The notes beneath the pieces are model-generated. The model worked only from the letters and a program-made list of their open reading frames with translations. It searched no databases and was not told where the DNA came from. DNA of 64,000 bases from an uncultured Acidobacteriota bacterium. Its GTDB lineage: Bacteria > Acidobacteriota > Thermoanaerobaculia > Gp7-AA8. The DNA lies in contig CAVUKB010000005.1 of assembly GCA_963741955.1 (NCBI GenBank), forward strand, positions 832,001-896,000, written 5' to 3'. A program made the translations under genes and the position numbers. Shown here in pieces: positions 57,553 to 64,000 of the stretch (position 1 is the stretch's first letter; each line of letters opens with the position of its first letter).

Positions 57553-59850
57553 GTGCGGATCAGAGGATCCGCGCTCCCCAACGCCGGGGAATGCGCCGAG
57601 GGGAGCGCGGATCCTCTGATCCGCACGCCACACTCGCGTTCAGATCGGATCGAGACCATCCTGCGGCAGAAGCGGAGCTGTTCGCTCGAGACGCTGGACC
57701 ACCGACGCTTCGCGCCAGCACAGCTTCTCTTCTCGCGTAAACCGATTCGCGCGGCGGATCGGAGGACCGCTCGACGCGTGCGGCGGATCGCGCCGGGAGG
57801 GAGAGAAGAGAATATGAGAGGATGATTATTATATATATATTTTAGCCGGGGGGAGCGGCGGGGGAGCGCGGATCCTCTGATCCGCACGCCACACCGCGCA
57901 GATCGGACGAGACCACCTGCGGCAGAAGCGGAGCTGTCGCCGAGACGCTGGAACCACCGACGCTCGCGCACAGCCGCAGCCCTCCACGCGTACAACACGA
58001 TCGCGCGGCGGATCGGAGGACCGCACCCCCTCGAACGCGTGCGGCGGAACGCGCCGGGGGGAGCCAGCGCCGGGGGAGCGCGGATCCTCTGATCCGCACG
58101 CCACACCGCGTCAGATCGGATCGAGACCATCCTGCGGCAGAAGCGGAGCTGTTCGCTCGAGACGCTGGACCACCGACGCTTCGCGACAGCCGCAGCCTTC
58201 GTCTTCATCGCGTACAACACGATCGCGCGGCGGATCGGAGGATCCGCACCCCCTTCGAACGCGGGCGGCGGATCGCGCCGGGGAGCCAGCGCCGGGGGAG
58301 CGCGGATCCTCTGATCCGCACGCCACACTCGCGTTCAGATCGGATCGAGACCATTCCTCCGGCAGAAGCGGAGCGGTTCGATCGAGACGATAGCGCCACC
58401 GACGCTTCGCGCCCACCCACAACTTCCCTCTTCATCGCGTACAACAAGATTCGCGCGGCGGATCGGAGGATCCGCACCCCATAGAACCCGCGCAGCGAAA
58501 CGCGCCGAGGAGCACCCGCCGTGGGGAGCGAGCGCCGAGGGGACACCCGCCAAGGGGAGTACGCACCGTGGGGAGTACGCACCGAGGGGAGCGCGGATCC
58601 TCTGATCCGCACGCCACACTCGCGTTCAGATCGGATCGAGACCATCCCTGCGGCAGAAGCGGAGCGGTTCGATCGAGACGATAGCGCCACCGACGCTTCG
58701 CGCCCAGCCACAACTTCCCTCTTCATCGCGTACAACACGATTCGCGCGGCGGATCGGAGGATCCGCACGCCATAGAACGCGCGCAGCGAAACGCGCCGAG
58801 GAGCACCCGCGCCGAGGAGAGCGCGGACGGGAGTACCTGCCGTGGGGAGCGCGGATCCTCTGATCCGCACGCGATAATCGCGTTCAGATCGGATCGAGAC
58901 CATCCCTGCGGCAGAAGCGGAGCGGTTCGGTCGAGACACCGGAAACCACCGACGCTTCGCGCCCAGCCACAACCTTCCTCTTCATCGCACGAACACGATT
59001 CGCGCGGCGGATCGGAGGATCCGCACCCCATAGAACCCGCGCAGCGGCACGCGCCGAGGAGCACCCGCCGCGGGGAGCGAGCGCCGTGGGGAGTACGCGC
59101 CGTGGGGAGTACGCACCGTGGGGAGCGCGGATCCTCTGATCCGCACGCGATAATCGCGTTCAGATCGGATCGAGACCATCCTGCGGCAGAAGCGGAGCGG
59201 TCGTCGAGACGCTGGAACACCGCGCTTCGCGCCAGCCACAGCCTTCCTCTTCATCGCGTACAACACGATTCGCGCGGCGGATCGGAGGATCCGCACCCCA
59301 TAGAACCCGCGCAGCGGCACGCGCCGAGGAGCACCCGCCGCGGGGAGCGAGCGCCGTGGGGAGTACGCGCCGTGGGGAGTACGCACCGTGGGGAGCGCGG
59401 ATCCTCTGATCCGCACGCGATAATCGCGTTCAGATCGGATCGAGACCATCCCTCCGGCAGAAGCGGAGCGGTTCGATCGAGACGATAGCGCCACCGACGC
59501 TTCGCGCCCACCCACAACTTCCCTCTTCATCGCGTACAACACGATTCGCGCGGCGGATCGGAGGATCCGCACCCCATAGAACGCGCGCAGCGAAACGCGC
59601 CGAGGAGCACCCGCGCCGAGGAGAGCGCGGACGGGAGTACCTGCCGTGGGGAGCGCGGATCCTCTGATCCGCACGCCACACTCGCGTTCAGATCGGATCG
59701 AGACCATCCCTCCGGCAGAAGCGGAGCCGTTCGATCGAGACACCAGAATCCACCGACGCTTCGCGCCCACCCACAACTTCCCTCTTCATCGCACGAACAC
59801 GATTCGCGCGGCGGATCGGAGGATCCGCACCCCATAGAACCCGCGCAGCG
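57553..59850. repeat. Tandem array of nine about 210-290-bp REP-doublet (BIME/REPIN-like) units
   Basis: Anchor GGGAGCGCGGATCCTCTGATCCGCAC at 57601, 57862, 58074, 58296, 58587, 58845, 59121, 59391, 59649, plus an inverted copy at 57553-57578. Each unit carries an inverted partner GCGGATCGGAGGA(T)CCGC. Confidence 0.95.
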
Positions 59851-59854
59851 GAAG

Positions 59855-60895
59855 CTACCGGTAGCTCTGGGCGTACTCCATCGCGTGGTACGTGATGATC
59901 AGATCGGCTCCGGCACGCTTGATGGAGGTGAGGATCTCGCCGGCGATGCGGGGGCCGTCGATCCAGCCTCGCTCCGCCGCCGCCTTGACCATCGAATACT
60001 CGCCGCTGACGTTGTACGCGACCACCGGAAGGTTGAACCGTTCCCTCGCCGCCCGGATCAGGTCGAGATACGAGAGGGCGGGTTTGACCATGATCATGTC
60101 GGCGCCTTCGAGGACGTCGAGCTCGAGCTCGCGTACTGCTTCCCGCGCGTTCGCCGGATCCATCTGGTAGGTCCGACGGTCGCCGAACTTCGGTGCCGAC
60201 TCCGCAGCGTCGCGGAACGGTCCGTAGAACGCCGAAGCGAATTTCGCGGAGTAAGCCATCACGCCGATCTCCGGATATCCCCGCTCGTCGAGCGCTTCGC
60301 GAATCGCGGCGACGCGTCCGTCCATCATGTCCGAGGGGGCGACGAAGTCGACTCCCGCATCGGCGAACGAGAGGCTCTGCCGGACCAGCAGCCCGAGGGT
60401 CTCGTCGTTCGAGACGTCCTTCCCGCCGGGCGTGTCGACCAGCGCACCACAATGTCCGTGATCGGTGTACTCACACATGCAGACGTCCGCGATCACCACC
60501 ATCCCGGGAATCTCCCGTTTCAGTGCTTCGATCGCGCGCTGCACCGGACCGGCCGGATCCCACGAGACCGCGCCGATCGGATCCTTATGCTCGGGGAGAC
60601 CGAACAGGAGAACGGACTTGACGCCGAGGTCCCATGCGCGCTTGCACTCTTCGATCAAGTCGGAGACACGATTCTGGTAGATCCCGGGCATCGACGCGAT
60701 CTCGACGCGCGGTCGCGAATCGGGGACCACGAACTGCGGCATGATCAGATCGGCGGGAGCCACGTGCGTCTCGCGCACCATGTCCCGGATCGCTTCGCTG
60801 CGCCGCAGGCGGCGAGGGCGGATCGTGGGGGTCAGGACTGTGGTGACCTCGTCACTCGTCCCAGTGCTTTTCGTCTCGGTCGATATCGTCGTCAT
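59855..60895 (-). CDS. hemB: Porphobilinogen synthase
   Basis: RPRRLRR, DVCMCEYTDHGHCG, PSDMMDGR, YGPFRDAA, MVKPAL, VSGEY. Confidence 0.97.
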   Translation of the reverse strand: MTTISTETKSTGTSDEVTTVLTPTIRPRRLRRSEAIRDMVRETHVAPADLIMPQFVVPDSRPRVEIASMPGIYQNRVSDLIEECKRAWDLGVKSVLLFGLPEHKDPIGAVSWDPAGPVQRAIEALKREIPGMVVIADVCMCEYTDHGHCGALVDTPGGKDVSNDETLGLLVRQSLSFADAGVDFVAPSDMMDGRVAAIREALDERGYPEIGVMAYSAKFASAFYGPFRDAAESAPKFGDRRTYQMDPANAREAVRELELDVLEGADMIMVKPALSYLDLIRAARERFNLPVVAYNVSGEYSMVKAAAERGWIDGPRIAGEILTSIKRAGADLIITYHAMEYAQSYR

Positions 60896-61082
60896 CTTCC
60901 TGGTCTCCGTAAAAATAGATCTGGCCGCATCTCTCGCTGCAGAAACGCCGCCCGAATCCCTTGAACGCGCAGTCTGCACAGAAGAAGAGATTGCACACCA
61001 GGCAACGCTCGAGATACGCGGCTTCGCCGCTGATTCCGCATCCCCGGCACTTCCGTTCTGCGATTTCGGGAGTCTCGCTCAT
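60852..61082 (-). CDS. Small 8-Cys zinc-finger protein with acidic tail
   Basis: CRGC, CLVC, CADC, CSERC; overlaps the hemB start. Confidence 0.75.
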   Translation of the reverse strand: MSETPEIAERKCRGCGISGEAAYLERCLVCNLFFCADCAFKGFGRRFCSERCGQIYFYGDQEDDDDIDRDEKHWDE

Positions 61083-61137
61083 TGAAAACTCTTTCGGGCG
61101 TGAATTTTCCACTCTGCGGGCCGGTTCAGTATAGCCG

Positions 61138-61166
61138 TTGACGGCACGGGCTGCTCTCCTTAGAAT
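61138..61166 (+). promoter_or_regulatory. Sigma70 promoter of the tRNA
   Basis: TTGACG-N17-TAGAAT. Confidence 0.8.
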
Positions 61167-61181
61167 CGTCCGGCCCCGAAT

Positions 61182-61258
61182 GGCGGTGTAGCTCAGTTGG
61201 TCAGAGCGGGCGTCTCATAAGCGCTAGGTCACTGGTTCAAATCCAGTCACCGCCACCA
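61182..61258 (+). tRNA. tRNA with CAT anticodon (probably elongator tRNA-Met)
   Basis: GGCGGTG/CACCGCC acceptor stem, TAGCTCAG, CTCATAA loop, GTTCAAATC, encoded CCA. Confidence 0.95.
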
Positions 61259-61356
61259 CCCCCTCTTCACTCGGTCTTAACACGACCGGCGCGATGGGAT
61301 TCCCGCGAAGGGAGTCAGCTCGTTCTCACCAGCCGCGCCTCCTGTATGCTTCTCCG

Positions 61357-62754
61357 GTGAATCCCGTTGCTGCTGCGGTTCGCCGCTTCCTCGCCGCGGA
61401 GGAGCTCTCACCCCGGCGCGTGCTGGTCGCTTTCTCCGGCGGCCCCGATTCGACCGCCCTCCTAGCCGGCCTGGCCGAAGACCACGACCGGGGGTTCGAT
61501 CTCGTGGCCGGTCACGTCAATCACCACCTTCGCGGATCGGAATCGGATCACGACGAGGAGTTCGTCCGTGAGACCGCGCAGAGTCTGCACATCCCTCTCG
61601 AGATCGCGGATGCCCGTCTCGATCCCGAACAGATCCGCCAGGTCGGCCTGGAGGCGGCGGCTCGGAAGAGACGGTACGCGTGCCTGGAGAGCATGCGGCA
61701 GAGCAGCGGCTCGGATCTGGTGGCAACGGCGCACCACCTCGACGACCAGGCCGAGACGGTGCTGATGCGGCTCATGACCGGTAGTGGCACCCGGCGGTTA
61801 CAGGGGATCTCACCGCATCGCGGAACGCTGATTCGTCCCATCCTCGAGCTCTCCCGGCGTGAGATCGACCAGTTCCTCGCTGACCGCGGCATCGCCCCCC
61901 GCTCCGACAGCACCAACCGCGAACCGCGCTTTCTCCGGAACCGGATTCGCGCCGAAATCCTCCCGCTCCTCGAGGAGATCAACCCGCGCATCACGTCGAC
62001 TTTCGGGGAGACCGCACGTCAGGCGCGCGAGGAGGCCCGGGCCTTCGACCATCTTCTCGAGATCTCCAGCGCGGCGTGGATCGTCCAGGAGCCGAATTCG
62101 ACCTCATTCGATCCGGCGGCCGTCCCTTCAGACGCATGGATCGTGAGGGCGGCGCTACTCCGGGAGATTCACCGGCTGGACCCCGAGGCGCGGAATGTTT
62201 CGGCGCAGGACCTGCGGAGACTCGGATCGGAGCTCGGTCTGATCCGGCGGCAACGCGTCACCCGCGCGCTCGAGCTCGTCCGCGAAGGGGATCGTCTCCG
62301 CCTTCGCCATCTCCCTCTTCCGGAAGAGGATGCCCCTTTCGACGCCCCCATCGGCGTCGGAGAGGTGCGGTTCGTCGAGGAGATCGGCGCGGCAGTCCGC
62401 CTGCGGCTCGTTCATCCCGACGAGAACGCTCCCCTCTCCGCCGCGGCGCCCCTCCGTCAATGTTTTCAGCTTCCCGAAGGCGCCGGCGACGCATCCGGAT
62501 TCCGGCTGAGGAACCGCCGGAAAGGCGACGTTTTCCGCCCCCTCGGCAGCAGAGACGAGAAAAAACTGAAGGATTTCCTGATTGATCGTAAAATTCCGGT
62601 AGGGATCAGAAATCAATTGCCTCTACTCACCTTCCGCGACGAGATCGTCTGGGTTGCGGGAGTGGAGGTTTCCGACAGGTTCAGAGTGACCGGTCCGCCA
62701 TTGCCGATGTACGAGATCGCGATCGAGCTCAGAAATGATCAGCAAGACGACTGA
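61357..62754 (+). CDS. tilS: tRNA(Ile)-lysidine synthetase
   Basis: SGGPDS, LEAAARKRRY, AHHLDDQAET, RNRIR, TilS C-terminal domain. Confidence 0.95.
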   Translation: MNPVAAAVRRFLAAEELSPRRVLVAFSGGPDSTALLAGLAEDHDRGFDLVAGHVNHHLRGSESDHDEEFVRETAQSLHIPLEIADARLDPEQIRQVGLEAAARKRRYACLESMRQSSGSDLVATAHHLDDQAETVLMRLMTGSGTRRLQGISPHRGTLIRPILELSRREIDQFLADRGIAPRSDSTNREPRFLRNRIRAEILPLLEEINPRITSTFGETARQAREEARAFDHLLEISSAAWIVQEPNSTSFDPAAVPSDAWIVRAALLREIHRLDPEARNVSAQDLRRLGSELGLIRRQRVTRALELVREGDRLRLRHLPLPEEDAPFDAPIGVGEVRFVEEIGAAVRLRLVHPDENAPLSAAAPLRQCFQLPEGAGDASGFRLRNRRKGDVFRPLGSRDEKKLKDFLIDRKIPVGIRNQLPLLTFRDEIVWVAGVEVSDRFRVTGPPLPMYEIAIELRNDQQDD

Positions 62755-63262
62755 TATCGAGACCCTCCACTCCGCGGCCGAGATCCACGCCCGGATCGAG
62801 CAGCTCGGACGTGACATCCGCCAGGACGCCGGTGACCGCGAGATCTGCCTGGTCGGCATACTGAAGGGAGCGCTCGTTTTCCTCGCCGACCTTCTCCGAT
62901 GCATTCCAGGGCCGGTTCACTACGAGTTCATCGACGTGATCCGCGACATCAGCGACACCGAAGTCGCGGAGGCGATGGAGATCGATTTCCTCACCCACTT
63001 CAGCATCGAAGGGAAGTACGTCTATCTCCTGAAGGATGTGGTGAGCACGGGAGTGATCGAGACGTGGCTGACCAATCAGCTCCGCCAGCGGAACCCCGCA
63101 TCGATCCGGATGGTGGCCCTTCTCGACCGCCCCGAACAACGGACCGTCGATTTCGACGTCGATTTCGCGGCGTTCCGCGCCCGGGACGGCGTCTACGCAG
63201 GGTTCGGCCTCGAGTACGAAGGCCACGAGGGCAATCTCCCGTTCATCGGCAGGATCATCTAG
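62735..63262 (+). CDS. hpt: Hypoxanthine phosphoribosyltransferase-like protein (degenerate active site)
   Basis: GILKGA..F.ADL, GFGLEY, GNLPFI; tilS-hpt-ftsH synteny; PRPP loop reads LLKDVVSTG. Confidence 0.8.
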   Translation: MISKTTDIETLHSAAEIHARIEQLGRDIRQDAGDREICLVGILKGALVFLADLLRCIPGPVHYEFIDVIRDISDTEVAEAMEIDFLTHFSIEGKYVYLLKDVVSTGVIETWLTNQLRQRNPASIRMVALLDRPEQRTVDFDVDFAAFRARDGVYAGFGLEYEGHEGNLPFIGRII

Positions 63263-63447
63263 ACACGACCGAAGGCTCCGCCGAGCCGCTCCGAGCGCTC
63301 CGTCAGTGCTGGCACCGATTTGGATAGAATTTAGAAGTCGGGTCCGGGGTTAATGACGGCAGCGGACGCCGGCGGGGGGCGAACTCCAGGATTTCCGCCT
63401 CCCTTTCGGCGCTTTCGATAACGCGTCTCCCCGCTCTGGAGGTATTT

Positions 63448-64000
63448 TTGAGCTCAACGATCAAGACAGCACTCCTTTGGGTGGTCATCATCGTTCTCGT
63501 GTTCCTTCTGTGGAGCCTCTTCCAGACTTCGAAGTCGACCACGGAAACCGTGCCGTTCAGCACGTTCCTCGACTACGTCCAGAAGAACGAGGTCGAGAAG
63601 GTCACCATCCGCGGTAGCGAGATCACCGGCGATCTCCGTTCGACGGCTCCCGCCGCGCGGAAGGAATTCAAGACCATCATGCCGCCGAATTACGACGCCC
63701 TCGTGCCGGAGCTTCGGGCGAAGAACGTCGTCATCAACGCGGAAGAACCGCGCGACAACTCGTTCGTGACTGCCCTGATCACCTGGGCTCCCATCCTCTT
63801 CCTGATCGGCTTGTGGATCTTCTTCATGCGCCAGATGCAGGCGGGTGGGAACAAGGCGCTTTCTTTCGGGAAATCGAAAGCGAAACTCCTCTCCGGCTCG
63901 GCGAAGAAGGTCACGTTCAAGGACGTGGCGGGAGTGGACGAAGCGAAGGTCGAGCTCCAGGAGATCATCGAATTCCTTCGTGACCCGCAGAAGTTCACCA
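63448..64000 (+). CDS. ftsH: ATP-dependent metalloprotease FtsH (5' part, truncated by the window)
   Basis: TTG start after GGAGG; TM1; 'FFMRQMQAGGNKALSFGKSKAK', 'VTFKDVAGVDEAKVELQEIIEFLRDPQKF'. Confidence 0.96.
   Translation, partial: MSSTIKTALLWVVIIVLVFLLWSLFQTSKSTTETVPFSTFLDYVQKNEVEKVTIRGSEITGDLRSTAPAARKEFKTIMPPNYDALVPELRAKNVVINAEEPRDNSFVTALITWAPILFLIGLWIFFMRQMQAGGNKALSFGKSKAKLLSGSAKKVTFKDVAGVDEAKVELQEIIEFLRDPQKFT

Noticed and set aside
57489-60452. Repetitive ORFs (MVSIRSERECGVRIRGSALP...) and a CRISPR interpretation of the tandem array
   Set aside because: Frames break between units, unit lengths are not all multiples of three, and there are no unique spacers or cas genes.
61182-61258. 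tRNA(CAT) as the Ile2 substrate of the adjacent tilS, or as an island integration site
   Set aside because: The acceptor stem GGCGGTG resembles elongator tRNA-Met rather than Ile2 (which typically has C4/C5), pending tRNAscan-SE isotype scoring; no duplicated 3' end or integrase is nearby.

Overview
High-GC bacterial chromosomal window. A Thermoanaerobaculia-like Acidobacteriota host is my inference from protein styles and is not proven. Bases 1-21.4 kb hold a large integron: an IntI tyrosine recombinase (20226-21398, -), a candidate attI at 20194-20212 just past the integrase STOP codon, and 24 attC sites. These delimit 24 complete cassettes plus a partial 25th running off the left edge. Integrase and cassettes are co-oriented (the 'inverted-integrase' architecture). 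Cassette cargo is about 30 ORFs, mostly of unknown function; it includes a type II R-M pair, HEPN-like, HNH, ParA-like and immunity-like proteins. The rest is backbone: a SNF2/SWIM pair, hemerythrin-like protein, a 220-bp structured IR-bounded element, S10 peptidase, an IS1182-family element abutting a cognate 159-bp MITE (42-bp perfect palindrome, CTAG target duplications), Ser/Thr kinase, AbrB/Doc TA, a Pat-LuxR-porin-MFS-acs carboxylate cluster, a 2-oxoacid dehydrogenase/lipoate/Fe-S cluster with a LipB-NUDIX fusion, a 2.3-kb nine-unit REP-doublet array, hemB, tRNA(CAT), tilS, a degenerate hpt and the start of ftsH. Several single-base frameshifts are probably sequencing errors. All family assignments come from motif reading and recall, not from database searches.
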